Assembly: GCA_002269645.1 (NCBI GenBank)
Contig: NIVC01002029.1
Location: forward strand, 147,242 to 211,241
Length of the DNA stretch: 64,000 nt
Reading direction: 5' to 3'
From: Macrostomum lignano
Lineage: Eukaryota
The position numbers and the translations under genes are program-made. Below, in pieces: positions 38,401 through 62,944 of this stretch; positions within the stretch are counted from its first letter, which is position 1, and the number at the start of each line of letters is the position of its first letter. The notes below the pieces were generated by a model. The model searched no databases. It was not told the origin of the DNA and saw only the letters and a list, made by a program, of their open reading frames with translations.

Positions 38401-38612
38401 CCAGGGCGTAGCCGGGAGGGGGGGTCGGTGTTTCCAATTAGACCGGCAAAAACTTTTCGCTTCTGTTCCCTGTTAGCAATTCCTCAACAACTACATTGGC
38501 ATCCCTTGGTGCGATGGTGACCCTATACTGTACCAAGGTCACATTTCAAGCTCTCTCGCTGTCCATCCCGCGCTGGTACCCCTAGTTAAACGATCCTCCA
38601 GCTACGCCCGTG
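38401..38612. mobile_element. Probable small MITE with GGGCGTAGC terminal inverted repeats
   Basis: CCAGGGCGTAGCCGGGAGG at left versus reverse complement CACGGGCGTAGCTGGAGG at right; no TSD found. Confidence 0.45.
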
Positions 38613-38844
38613 CTACAAGTACAGTACGTGCCGATTAAAATTAGTTTCCATGCACAAAAAATATAATGGTCGGCAGCAGGCAACAAGTGAAAGACGTGCC
38701 AATAAAAATTTCGAAGCTTAAAATTTTCTAATAATTCAATAAGCCGTGATAGAATCATACTGTACAAATAAAAAAATATCGATATTAATACATATAAAGC
38801 ATGTATTAGGGATGAATAAGTTATTTTAAATATCAAGCAATAAA

Positions 38845-38877
<33 letters not shown>

Positions 38878-39283
38878 GGCACAACAAAAATTTATTAAAA
38901 ATTGCCAAATGAATTTCCAAATATAGATAAAAGAAGATAAACTAAGTAAATTTTAAGGATTAATATGTTGGAAATCTGCTATATTGTTGACTCGCATCAG
39001 TCACTTATGCTTGGGTTCCAATGTGGGGTCACTCTGAAACTATAGACACCGCATGAGACAGTCGATCAGGGCGTGCCTGTGCGAGTGCGTTCCTGCCTGT
39101 GTACGTGACGTGTGTGCTCAAGGATCAGCGAAAGAGACATCTGCTTGTCGCCTTGATAGTGCCCGAAGCCTACATGTGACTTAACAAGATAGTACTAATT
39201 ACCGTTTACATATATATATGTGTGAATCATTTTCCCTTTAGAAGAAAATAATTAAACATTAAATTAGAAGCCAAATATTAGAT

Positions 39284-50686
<11,403 letters not shown>

Positions 50687-52714
50687 TTCAGCAACAGTCG
50701 AATCTAGTGTAATATAAACTCAGTTCATTACTGAAAAATAAATTAAGAATAATTCAATATTCCTGAATGGTTATTCAGGAATAATTCAATATTCAAAATC
50801 CTATCTTTCATTAGAGATGAAAAATTATAAACCTATTTAACAATACTTAAAATTATACTATAGTTGATTAATGCTAGGAAATAGCTATAAAGCAATAAAC
50901 TAAACTATGAAACAGACATTTTTGACAATACTACAGGCTTGAATAGATTAAATATTAAAACACGAAATGTATTTTTCTCAAAAGAAAAATTAAATATAAA
51001 GATATGTTTATCAATTTTTATGACTATATTATATAAAGTTTTGGCGTCCTAAAACTAATTTAATCATTACATGCTTGCGACTTTATTGAATTGAAATGAA
51101 TTTTTCAATTTAGCGTAGGTCTTCTAAACGTATCGCAAAAATAGGCGCTAGCGCTAACATGCATACATTCAGCGAGGAGACGACTGATCCAAGGGGTCCA
51201 GACCCACGGCGGATGGCATGCATTTAAGCGAAAATCAACTTTTTGGTGTCTCAAATCAAAAGGACTAAGAAATATGAATCCTGTTTCATTTTTCATACAA
51301 ACACTATAATACAAGAACTGAATGGCTGCAGTGCGAAAGACAGTGAGTAATGATAAATATAGAAAAAGACAGGCATTAAAATCATCCGATTTGACACATA
51401 CTTTCGTATTATTTGATATGATAAGTGATAACTAACTGGTAAAATAATCATTATTTCAATAGCACATTTAAATCTGAAAACTGAGGTTTGCGCGTGTGGA
51501 GACAATATAAAATTAAATATTAATGCTTTCATTTTCAGTCGCAACCATTCAACGATTTTCAATTGCATTCTCATTTGTGAGTTTTTATCCAAAATAAAAT
51601 ATATTTAGTAAAAATAGCTTACAGTAAAAGACTTTGTTAAAACAGGAAAACGTAAAACGCGCAATTCAAGCTGCAGTAAGGCTTGAGCAACCTTGAAACT
51701 TTCTTCTGCCGGCAATGGCGGAAGCAGCCTCAGATCGAGAATAAAGAATAGTAGATCGTGACAGAATCGACTGTATTATCCGATTTGATGTATTTCAGTG
51801 GGACTAAATACATATAATGCTCAGTCAGTCTCCTGTTGAAGTGCGATGAAGTGCGAGAGATAGACTGACTGACAAAACGCTTCGTGATTTACAAATGTAT
51901 ATATGTATATGAAGTAGAAGGATGCAGATCATGCTGCAGGCACTCGATGTTCTTAGAAATAAGCTGGAGGACGGATTTATTGCTAGTGCAATTATGCTCT
52001 CGAGAAATCTATTTTTTCTAGCGCGGATTTTTCTAGGCTATGAGAAATCGTAGGCTCGTAAACCTCATTCAGAGTTATACATGTATATGCGTTGTCTAGC
52101 TAGAGCATACTTCCGTACGAGACTGAAATGCACTGCGCACTGACCGACGACTTAATTTCTTAAAAAATCGAGTTCTGTGGCGTAAATTCTACGTACTAAA
52201 TTTTTACTCGTCTTCATTAAATAACCATGTTAAGATTCAATTAACCTGCTCTGCTAAGTGTAGTATACTGTATATATGAAATTACAATTAACCTTTCAGA
52301 CTTATAATGCACCATGTTCTACACAGAAACCCATGGTTCCTTCTGATTGATTTTGGAATAGCGAAAATTGACCCTTTAAAAGCTCACTGACCCCAACAAG
52401 TTTACTTGTAACATCTACATGTAGCAATTAATAGCTCGTACTATGTACATCGTACATGTAAATGCCAAAATAATAAAACATAGAAGCTGTTTTAGAGTTT
52501 AATAATTTGAACTACTTCAGATTCTCAACATACATTTCATTAAAATATTAAGCTTATAGTAGCTCCAGTAATATTTATTAATTATTTAAGCAAATAAAGA
52601 AGACTCGCTACAAGAGAAAAAAGGATTGAAGAACTATTGCAGTATAGCATATTTCAGCCTGACATTGATAGCCTAAGTTATTGAAGGTTCGCGTAGTTTG
52701 AGATCGAGAGCGCA

Positions 52715-54808
52715 TCAAACTTGAATCATCATCCGAAACTCTTTCAAGGCCCTGAAGCCTTCTACAAAATACCACACAGCATAAGAAGCGGTTGTTGTTT
52801 GGCCGTAGTAGTAGTTACCATTGGGATTCGCATAGCTGCAGCTGCTATATTTATGCCACCAGCCACCGTAGCCGCCCCAATTAACAGAACAGTGCGATGC
52901 AGAGTAGCCATCGTTATCAACATCGCGGGTTGAAAACTTCTGACCTCTCGAGAGTTGCAGAGCGTCAAAGACCAAGCTTGATTTCGCTCTGACCATCGAT
53001 CCGTACGACATCGTGTAGCTGGTGCTGGCGGGGCCAACAACGAAGTTCGAATATTCGGCGAACCATTCAGTGTTATTCCAAAGAAGAATTTCTACTCGCA
53101 ACGCTGCACTTCGAGAACTCGTCAGCCTGTGCATGGTGTCCAAACCTACAAAAAGTCAAATACACAAAATAACATGAATCAGGCCTAAATTGTTTCCTCG
53201 TTTAATAGCTATGCAAAATAAAAGTTACCAATCCAAAAGTTGATGTCGTCACCGAATCCAGCCACATATTCCCGCCAGTATCGTTGAAACTGGCTGGTTC
53301 GACAGTTTCGTTGAACCACGACTAAGAAACTTCTGTCGTCTCTGGTGACAGTTTTATTACTAAGAGCTTCCAGGTTCGATAAAGCAGCACGAACTGCCTG
53401 GCTGTTGACTGACATCCTGTCTTTCATTCTGAAAGCAAAGCGGCTCTGACTGGTGCGATATTCGCACTCGTCTTTGAGCGAAAACGAGCCGGACCATCGA
53501 ATGCCCTTCCAGAAGTTGACCGGCTCAGACTGAAGAATGGAGCTGAAAAACCAATCTAATTGTACAGTCACCGAATTAAAGTTAAGGTACTTCTAAAAAT
53601 AACTCTTACATAAGCAAATCACACGATTCCAAAGCCCTACAGTAAGCTCTCAGCTCCGCAGTCCGCCGGTCAACAGACAGTCTCAACGCCTCGAACCGCC
53701 ACTGAGACAGCCTGCTGCTCACGTGGATGCTCGCGTGCCACAGCTTCATGAACTCCAGCGACTCGACTGACGCAGACCCGATCCGAGACCTCACCGCCGC
53801 GATCACGGACTCGTCTTCGATCAGAGCGGGCAGCCTCACATAGTGGCTACCGAGTGAGAAGTCTCTGAGCAGCTGGAAGCTCGGAGTCGGACACAGCAAC
53901 GGTTCGATCACAAAGTGGCCTCTCTTGCCTCGTCTCTGGTGCACGTAGGCAGTGCAGTTGTCCAGCTGAACCACTCTGAACAGCTGGAGATCGGAGCAGG
54001 CTGGCAGAGCAGAGCTCCTGGGTCTCTGCAGCGACTCGATTGGGAGGAACGGAGCGCGAGCGACGGTGACCGGGAAGGCGCGCTCGAAGGAGGCGCAGCC
54101 CTCGCCAGCTCGCATGCTGGCCACGAGGCGGATGTTGTCGAATGGCTCCAAGCGGTCTCTCTCGAGGTTCATCCTGAACGACATTCGAACGATAACTTGA
54201 ATTTGGCTTTCTACGAGCTAAATAGCATTCACCCTTAACTGTTATTCCATGCAAAATTATGAAACATACGCGAGGGACGGACACGCGAATTCGGCGCACA
54301 TCAGCCGCAGGTGTCCAATGAACTCCGTCGGACCCCACAGAAATGAGGCCTTCCTGAACGCGAGGCTGGTCGATCCGTTTATCCGGACGCTCGTCACCTC
54401 CAAAAAAGACACCGACTTTGGCGACAGGTGGCTCAGCATCGACGCCGCGTCGGTCGCCAGAGTCTCGTCGGTCACGTTGACGGGGAAGCTGAAGTAGAAC
54501 TCGTTGGTCAGCAGGTCGAAGTGGGCGCCGGGACTGCGCAGAGCGGCCGGCTCCGTGATGCAGAAGGTCGGCTCGAGCACGAAGCGACCGGCCTTGACGG
54601 CGCCCAGACGGTGCACGAAGACGGGGCAGCCGCGGATCGACAGGCTGGTAACGAAGGACATGGAAGGCAGCGAGCCGTTGCTGCAGGCGAACTCTATGCG
54701 TTGGGCCGGAGCTGGCAACGAGTCGGCCGCGTCCTGCTCCGACGGGACTGCCGAAGCGCCGAGGCTGCAGAGCAGCAGCAGCTGAAGAAACTCTTGCAAA
54801 TGACGCAT
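52715..54808 (-). CDS. Secreted fibrinogen-related-domain (FReD) protein, copy 1; 4 exons, about 615 aa
   Basis: Exons 54808-54270, 54173-53610, 53542-53229, 53145-52715 (phases 2,2,1; 1848 nt). Signal peptide; FBG motifs VVQR..FQRYWREYVAGFG..FWIG|LD, FSTRDVDND..C..GGWW..C..ANPNG, FRMMI. Confidence 0.9.
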
Positions 54809-55781
54809 TATGCTCTTCCGAGTGGATAATGAAAAAACCCGGCGGTAAAGTTAGTTAATAAATTAACAGCATTAAATTGTCTTTCAAACAAGCCCAGTGT
54901 GTTGCAGTCAACTGGTTTTGCATCGCGCGACTCTTCTGTGCTGATGCTATCGGAGTGGCAGTCTGCAGAATTCACCTTTGACTCTGTGCGGTCTGGTAGA
55001 CAGCATCAGATAACAGCCCGTGTGTGGGACAGAAGTTTGTTCGAGTTCTCCGTAGTAAGTGCAATGATAACGGATCTCGTGACTTGACATTGCACCCATA
55101 AAATTTGCACCAAGACACGTTTGCGATTTAAGCATGCACCGGAAATATACAGGCAGTTAGTCAAGGTGGTCTGGATTCTAAACAAATCTAGAAAAGCATA
55201 GTTTACGAGTAAACAGTTTATGCATAAACATTGTTAAGTTTACATAGCAGTCATATCTAGCTTTTCTGGTATTTTTCTCTCATGATTCCACAAGAATTAA
55301 GCTAATGCATAGGACAGTAATTTATATTATCACTTGGTAATTATTGGAGCAGTTTTCAGAATATTTGAGCGAGTGTTTAAAAATACCTTTGATAAGTGAA
55401 TTTTGATGAGCATACGAGTAAATATTTGCAAGAGGGCTGCAATGCAGAGGGCTGAACCCTGGTGCAACGCTTTCGGCGACATGGTGTCAAAACCAGCGCT
55501 GAGGCAGACACTCGTACACACGCTCACACAGGGTGTACAGCGGCCCTGACCTTCGAATCGGCAGGCATGTACATTGTCTGTGCCTTGGAGGTTGGCCCTC
55601 GTAGGTGTGAATCGCCCGCCTCCCCGCCCCAAATGAATGCGGCCGCGCATAGAATCGAACAGGCGTCGTAGCGCGAGTCAGACAGGCACGTTTACCGCTG
55701 GGCTGCTCTGCACTCTCAATTTCGATCGAAAACTTCTTTAGGCTTTGTGGCACAATCTGTTGCAATCAGATTCCGCAAGAA

Positions 55782-56063
55782 CATACTCAGAAACATCGAA
55801 CAGTCGCGCCATCACAGAAGATTCCGTCTGTGGTTGTCACTTTTGAGAGTGCAGGTAAAGTCTCTCAATCTTTGCGAGTGACGCAACTTTGCTACGCCAC
55901 GGCAGACTTTGGTTGAGGAATGAAGTAGGGGGGGGGGCGGTGTGGGAGGGTTGGACGGATTAAAGCTGCCCCGATCAGTTTTCTCGGATCTCTTATTCCA
56001 AAATAGTCCAAGAGAAATTGCTCACTGTTGCATGGAGTGGCGACTTTTCAATGTTGCTGAGTA
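55782..56063. repeat. ~280-bp dispersed repeat, copy A (between FReD copies 2 and 1)
   Basis: Aligns in the same orientation with 61033-61298; shared GCCATCACAGAAGATTCCGTCTGTGGTTG and GGCGACTTTTCAATGTTGCT. Confidence 0.85.
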
Positions 56064-56528
56064 TAATTAAATAAGAAAGGATTTAAGAAATGAATACTTG
56101 GATTCTTGGAAAGATAGGTCATTTTTTACTTCGAGCTGCTCTTCTTTTAAACTGAGTACAACAGACTGCAGCTGCTCACGAAAGTTGCCAGTGTGATGTA
56201 ACTGACTTTCTACAAGCACTTAGCATCCGATCATTAACCCGTTCATGAACCAACGAATAATCAATACGAAGCAAATAATCAGATTTATAAAACTCATGCA
56301 CAGAAGACTAAAAAAGTTCTTTTTCGTAGAAACAGAAGGATCAAGAAAATGTTTGAAGCAACAAAAAAAACTGAGCTATGAGGCTAGTTTGCTTGCATTG
56401 TCTCCATTAATTATTATTGTTATTAGCGTGCAGGAACACGAGAGCTTATATAAATTCAATTTTGGTGCAACGAAGATTGAGTACCCGAATGTTACCAACA
56501 TCAATTGCTGTCTAAATAAACTGTCTTT

Positions 56529-58774
56529 TCATATCTGCACCATCATTCTAAACTCTTTAGCAGCTTTGTAGCTTTCTTTAAATTGCCAACCGGATATCGT
56601 TGTGGCTCTCGAGTCACCGTAGTTATAGACGCCGTTCGGGTTGGTGTGTCCGCAGGCTGCGTACCACCAGCCGCCGTAGCCGCCCCATTTTTTTGAGCAG
56701 TAGTTAGCAGTTGAATGGCCGTCGTTGTCTCGGTCTCGCGTGGAGAACTTGGTGCCGTTTGAAGACGCCAGGGCGTCATACACGAGGCTGGACTGCTCCC
56801 GAAGCATGCTGCTGTACTTCATTGTGTACAGCCTCGCCGCGTTGCCAACAGAGAAGCCGGAGTACTCAGCAAACCACTCGGTGTCATTCCATAGCAGCAT
56901 CTCAACACGCATTCGAACGCTCTGCGGACTTGTGAGCCAATGCAGAGTTTCCAAACCTGTAACAGATCAACAATAGGTTGCTGCAGTGTAGTACCATGTA
57001 CTCGTAATGCTGACTGTCTAGTACAAAGAAACCTTAACTAAGAGGCTACCATTTTCGAGCCTTCAGAATATCCGAAAAGTATAACAAGTCCATCCTTGTA
57101 GTTAACTAATTAAGCTCGTAACTACGGCAACTAAGTCTGTGCAGTAGTAACGGTGTTCATCTATTGTCAAGACGGCAGCCTTACCTATCCAAAAGTTGTG
57201 CTCGTCACCAAAGCCAGACACATATTCACTCCAGAAGCGGTTGAAATTGCTGCTTCTGCAACCACGCTGAAGCACAATAACGAAATGGCGATTGTTTCGC
57301 ACGACCGTCTTGTTCCTCAGACTATCAACTTTCTGGCCAATTGCAGTTGACACTTGGCCTTCACCGCCAGACCGTTCCTTCATCCTAAAAACAAACCGAA
57401 GCTTTTCGGATCGGAGTTCGCAGTTGTCTTCCAACAAAAATGTCGCAGTCCACTGGACGTTTTTCCAGAAGTTCACTGGCTCTGATTTAAAAATGGATCT
57501 GAAACAAATGAGAAAGTTTTTTCTGCATCTATTAGATGGAAAAAATCGTAAAAAACCTGATTCAGCAGCCAAACATACACTAGCAACTCGCATGACTTTC
57601 GCGTATTGCAGTAAGCTCTCAGCTCTGCAGTCCGCCGGTCAACAGACAGTCTCAACGCCTCGAACCGCCACTGAGACAGCCTGCTGCTCACGTGGATGCT
57701 CGCGTGCCACAGCTTCATGAACTCCAGCGACTCGACTGACGCAGACCCGATCCGAGACCTCACCGCCGCGATCACGGACTCGTCTTCGATCAGAGCGGGC
57801 AGCCTCACATAGTGGCTACCGAGTGAGAAGTCTCTGAGCAGCTGGAAGCTCGGAGTCGGACACAGCAACGGTTCGATCACAAAGTGTCCTCTCTTGCCTC
57901 GTCTCTGGTGCACGTAGGCAGTGCAGTTGTCCAGATGAACCACTCTGAACAGCTGGAGATCGGAGCAGGCTGGCAGAGCAGAGCTCCTGGGTCTCTGCAG
58001 TGACTCGATTGGGAGGAACGGAGCGCGAGCGACGGTGACCGGGAAGGCGCGCTCGAAGGCGGCGCAGCCCTCGCCAGCTCGCATGCTGGCCACGAGACGG
58101 ATGTTGTCGAATGGCTCCAAGCGGTCTCTCTCGAGGTTCATCCTGAACGACATTCGAACGACAACTTGAATTTGGCTTTCTACGAGCTAAATAGCATTTA
58201 CCCTTAACTAATATTTCACACACAATTATGAAACATACGCGAGGGACGGACACGCGAATTCGGCGCACATCAGCCGCAGGTGTCCAATGAACTCCGTCGG
58301 ACCCCACAGAAATGAGGCCTTCGTGAACGCGAGGCTGTTCGAGCTGTTCATCCGAACGCTCGTCACCTCCAGAAACGACACCGACTTTGGCGACAGGTGG
58401 CTCAGCATCGACGCCGCCTCGGTCGCCAGAGTCTCGTCGGTCACGTTGACGGGGAAGCTGAAGTAGAACTCGTTGGTCAGCAGGTCGAAGTGGGCGCCGG
58501 GACTGCGCAGAGCGGCCGGCTCCGTGATGCAGAAGGTCGGCTCGAGCACGAAGCGACCGGCCTTGACGGCGCCCAGACGGTGCACGAAGACGGGACAGCC
58601 GCGGATCGACAGGCTAGTAACGAAGGACATGGAAGGCAGCGAGCCGTTGCTGCAGGCGAACTCGATGCGTTGGGCCGGAGCTGGCAGCGAGTCGGCCGCG
58701 TCCTGCTCCGACGGGACTGCCGAAGCGCCGAGGCTGCAGAGCAGCAGCAGCTGAAGAAACTCCTGCAGACGCAT
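56529..58774 (-). CDS. Secreted FReD protein, copy 2; 4 exons, about 613 aa
   Basis: Exons 58774-58239, 58142-57579, 57498-57185, 56956-56529 (phases 2,2,1; 1842 nt). Same architecture as copy 1. Confidence 0.9.
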
Positions 58775-60485
58775 TTAGTTTTCTTGCGCAATAATATCTG
58801 AATTAGTCTTGATTCAGATAGTGTCGCAGAACAGTGAACTTAAATTTGTCTGAACGAAACCTTTAATTTACTTTTCATCACTTACCCTCGAAACGATTCT
58901 GTTTCTTGCAAGAAGCATCGCTGCTGCAAATTGTGGCCCAATCCTGCGGCTGATTGGCACCATCAGATTGGTATTGTAAAATGTAAACAACACGTTTGTC
59001 ATCGTGTGTAGGCTGTGACTTCAGGGCCCCACAGCTGCGATAGAAGCAGGAGGATAAGAGAGTTCTGATAATTACAGAAGTTTTCTTCATTTTCGTTTGC
59101 CTGTCTGCAGATTAAAATATCTCTGCACTGTAATTGCTAATTCACGTGCTTTAAGTGCTGTCAGAAGAGCAATATGAAGGCCAACGAACAGGCGAGAAAA
59201 GTAAAAGCAGACCAAATCACTGCTAATAAGCTTGTAAGTTTCTAAGTGCCAAAGTACTTACCCCTTTGTAGTAGGAAGTTTCTGTGGCACGTGACACGGT
59301 GAAATTTAGACAGGTGATTATTAGCTCCTATGCTTTCGGCTTGTTAGCCTGAGGCAAGTGTCTGAAGCATGTATGAAGCAAGCAAGAACGTGCTTGTCTG
59401 GGGTGCAGTCACACGAATTTTTAAGTGCTTCGAAAATATTAGCTTTTTGCATGGCGCTGAATGGAGTTTTCGCCATGGACGAATTCGGTCGAGAATAATT
59501 CGTCCATAAAAATACACTAAAGAGACAGGAACTTGCTTTATGGCTGGTCTTCGTTAGAATTTCAGGAAAAATAGCTTCATAAACTCGTGGGTACGACTCG
59601 GTAAAAACGCATGTTTACTTCGTTTGCAATTCAGAAGGAATTCAGTGCTGAAAAACTGGAAACTTCTCATCTTGCTAAAGCATATCGAAGCGAAATCCTC
59701 ATGATTTTGCGACTGCAACATCCTGCTTTAGATATCCATGCGTGATGATGCCCACTCTCTATCTATCCCGGTCTAAGAGTAGCCAATTACGAGCTATAGT
59801 CTATGGCCAAACCATCTTTAGCACCAATGACTGGCATGGGTTGGCTCTTGACTTTGGATACGCTGTTTTGCATGAGAAGCATGCAGGCATGGAGGGAGCC
59901 GTACCTAGTCGTCCAGCGAGGCGCTCTTATGTGCCAGCGGCCCAAGCTCGATTCCAATTGAAAATCACAACAATTCGGGGTTAAATTTGAATCTCGGCTT
60001 GGCTCTGCTCGTGCAATTAACGCCCGAGGGCCATTGAGGGCCAACACCCAAGACTGTGAAGTGTACATGCTTACGTATCCGCACCTTATGTGCCTGCTCA
60101 GGGGAGTCGGCGGAACGGGCAGTGATGCCGCTCCCCAGTTGAGTAACAATTTCGCTTGAAGTACCCCTACCTCTAATAAATAATCAGGCATAGAGGCTCC
60201 AGTTGATTTTTAAGGGTAAAATCTTTTTTCAAATCGTAAGAACAAAAGTACATACAGTACTAATAGAAGGCTATGAATATTAAATATTCGACGTGAAAAA
60301 TCATCTATTAATTAGCAAGGTTAAGGGTCATAGGATTAATTTTATTGCTGACAGCAATCATAACGTTATTATAACAAAAAAGTATGAGCATTTCGGCACT
60401 GTTTCTTAGAAAACATTTCACTCGAGCTTTGTGATCTGAAGTTGAGTGGACAAAGCAATCTTAAGCTTCAATCTTTAGCTTTTAA

Positions 60486-62944
60486 CTATATCTGAACCAT
60501 CATGCGAAACTCCTTCAGAGTTCTATAGCCCTCCTTGAAACTCCAAGTTGAGTAACCGGTGCTTGTTGACTGGGCGAAGTGATAAATCCCGTTCGGGTTG
60601 GCGTGACCGCAGTTGCTGTACCACCATCCACCGTTGCCGCCCCATGAACGTGAGCAATAGTGGCGCGAAGAATAACCATGGTTATCCTTATCCCTAGCGG
60701 AGAAGGGAGAGCCTTTAACCGAGCTGAGCGCATCAAAGACTAAGCTGGACCTCGACGGGATCATCTGCAAGTACCGCATGCGGTAATTGTTGCTGGCATT
60801 GTCAACGGAGAATCCAGAGTACTCGGCGAACCACTCGGTCTCGTTCCAGAGCAGCAGCTCCACCCGCATGAGGGTGCCCTGCCGGCCGGTCAGGCTGTGA
60901 AGAATGTCCAGGCCTGGAATTGGCGCAGATTAAATTCTGCACACTTTAGTCATGGAATTCTGCGGTTTGACCCGAGGTCTGGGACTCTGGTTGCTGGATT
61001 CACACAGCTAGAGCCAACCCACAAAGCGGCATATACTCAGCAACATCGAAAGTCGCCATCACAGAAGATTCCGTCTGTGGTTGCCACTTTTGAGAGTGCA
61101 AGTACAGTCTCTCAATCTTTGCGAGTGACGCAGCTTAGCTACGCCGAGGCAGACTTGAGTTGAGAAATGAAGTGGGGGGAGCGGTGTGCGAGGATTGGAC
61201 TGATTAAAGCCACCCCGATCAGTTTTCTCAATTTCAGAATAGTCCAAGAGAAACTGCTCACTGGCATATAGAATGGCGACTTTTCAATGTTGCTAAGTAA
61301 TACACTACCTTCCACCGACCTAAAACACCTGAAAATCAAAAACCATGCCATCACCTATCCAAAAATTGCTCTCATCGCCAAAGCCAGCCACGTATTCCCG
61401 CCAGGTGCGCTGAAAATTGCTGGCCCTGCAGCCGCGCTGGTTAATAATGATGAAAGTGCGCCCGTCCCGCCAGACGGTGCGGTCTCGCAGATCCTGCGCA
61501 TTCCATCGGCCGTCATTTCGCCGTGTCTTCAGCGCTGGGCCTCCCGGCGGTCGGTCTCGCATGCGCAGTGCGAATCGGCGCTGCTGGGTGCGGAAATAGC
61601 ACTGGTCGTCCAGCAAGGAGACTGCGGTCCACTGAATGTTTTTCCAGAAGTTCACCGGCTCAGAGATCAGCACGAGGCTACAATAGGAGTTTGCTGCTTG
61701 ACTTCTTAAAATTTAGCTAATCAAAGAACAGTCTAAAAGCAAAGGAGCACTAAAGTTAGACCCACCCAAGTGCATCGCAAGATGATTGAGTACTGCAGTA
61801 AGCTCTCAGCTCCGCAGTCCGCCGGTCAACAGACAGTCTCAACGCCTCGAACCGCCACTGAGACAGCCTGCTGCTCACGTGGATGCTCGCGTGCCACAGC
61901 TTCATGAACTCCAGCGACTCGACTGACGCAGACCCGATCCGAGACCTCACCGCCGCGATCACGGACTCGTCTTCGATCAGAGCGGGCAGCCTCACATAGT
62001 GGCTACCGAGTGAGAAGTCTCTGAGCAGCTGGAAGCTCGAGTCGGGCACAGCAACGGTTCGATCACAAAGTGGCCTCTCTTGCCTCGTCTCTGGTGCACG
62101 TAGGCAGTGCAGTTGTCCAGCTGAACCACTCTGAACAGCTGGAGATCGGAGCAGGCTGGCAGAGCAGAGCTCCTGGGTCTCTGCAGCGACTCGATTGGGA
62201 GGAACGGAGCGCGAGCGACGGTGACCGGGAAGGCGCGCTCGAAGGCGGCGCAGCCCTCGCCAGCTCGCATGCTGGCCACGAGGCGGATGTTGTGGAACAC
62301 TTCCGTCTGTCCTTTTGCCAGGTAAAGCCTAAACATTAAGTACAGTACGGTGTTAAACAATCCAAAAAGCATCTACTGAATCACTTTAAAACTGAAGATC
62401 ACCACCTGTATATTTACTTTAGAGATTGGCAGACAAGCCCAGAACACACCAGCCGCAGGTGTCCAATGAACTCCGTCGGACCCCACAAAATGAGGCCTTC
62501 GTGAACGCGAGGCTGTTCGAGCTGTTCATCCGAACGCTCGTCACCTCCAGAAACGACACCGACTTTGGCGACAGGTGGCTCAGCATCGACGCCGCCTCGG
62601 TCGCCAGAGTCTCGTCGGTCACGTTGACGGGGAAGCTGAAGTAGAACTCGTTGGTCAGCAGGTCGAAGTGGGCGCCGGGACTGCGCAGAGCGGCCGGCTC
62701 CGTGATGCAGAAGGTCGGCTCGAGCACGAAGCGACCGGCCTTGACGGCGCCCAGACGGTGCACGAAGACGGGCAGCCGCGGATCGACAGGCTGGTAACGA
62801 AGGACATGGAAGGCAGCGAGCCGTTGCTGCAGGCGAAGATGTCTTCTGTCAGTAGATTGGACACATTCAGAAGCTGTTTGGCTGAGGACCCTTGGCACAG
62901 TCCACGCTGCACAAAAGCAGCATTAGAAATAATTTGAAGTGCAT
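60486..62944 (-). pseudogene. FReD copy 3: same 4-exon structure with four 1-bp deletions (pseudogene or read error)
   Basis: Exons 62944-62418, 62328-61766, 61677-61355, 60913-60486. Own signal peptide MHFKLFLMLLLCSVDCAK. Single-base losses near 62890 (inferred from the frame shift), 62770, 62488 and 62040 (seen against copies 1/2). Exons 3-4 are intact. Confidence 0.75.
61033..61298. repeat. ~270-bp dispersed repeat, copy B (intron 3 of FReD copy 3)
   Basis: See copy A at 55782-56063. Confidence 0.85.

Noticed and set aside
59742-60191. ORFs between FReD copies 3 and 2 (and 55330-55765)
   Set aside because: No recognisable motifs, splice sites or similarity to the FReD exons.
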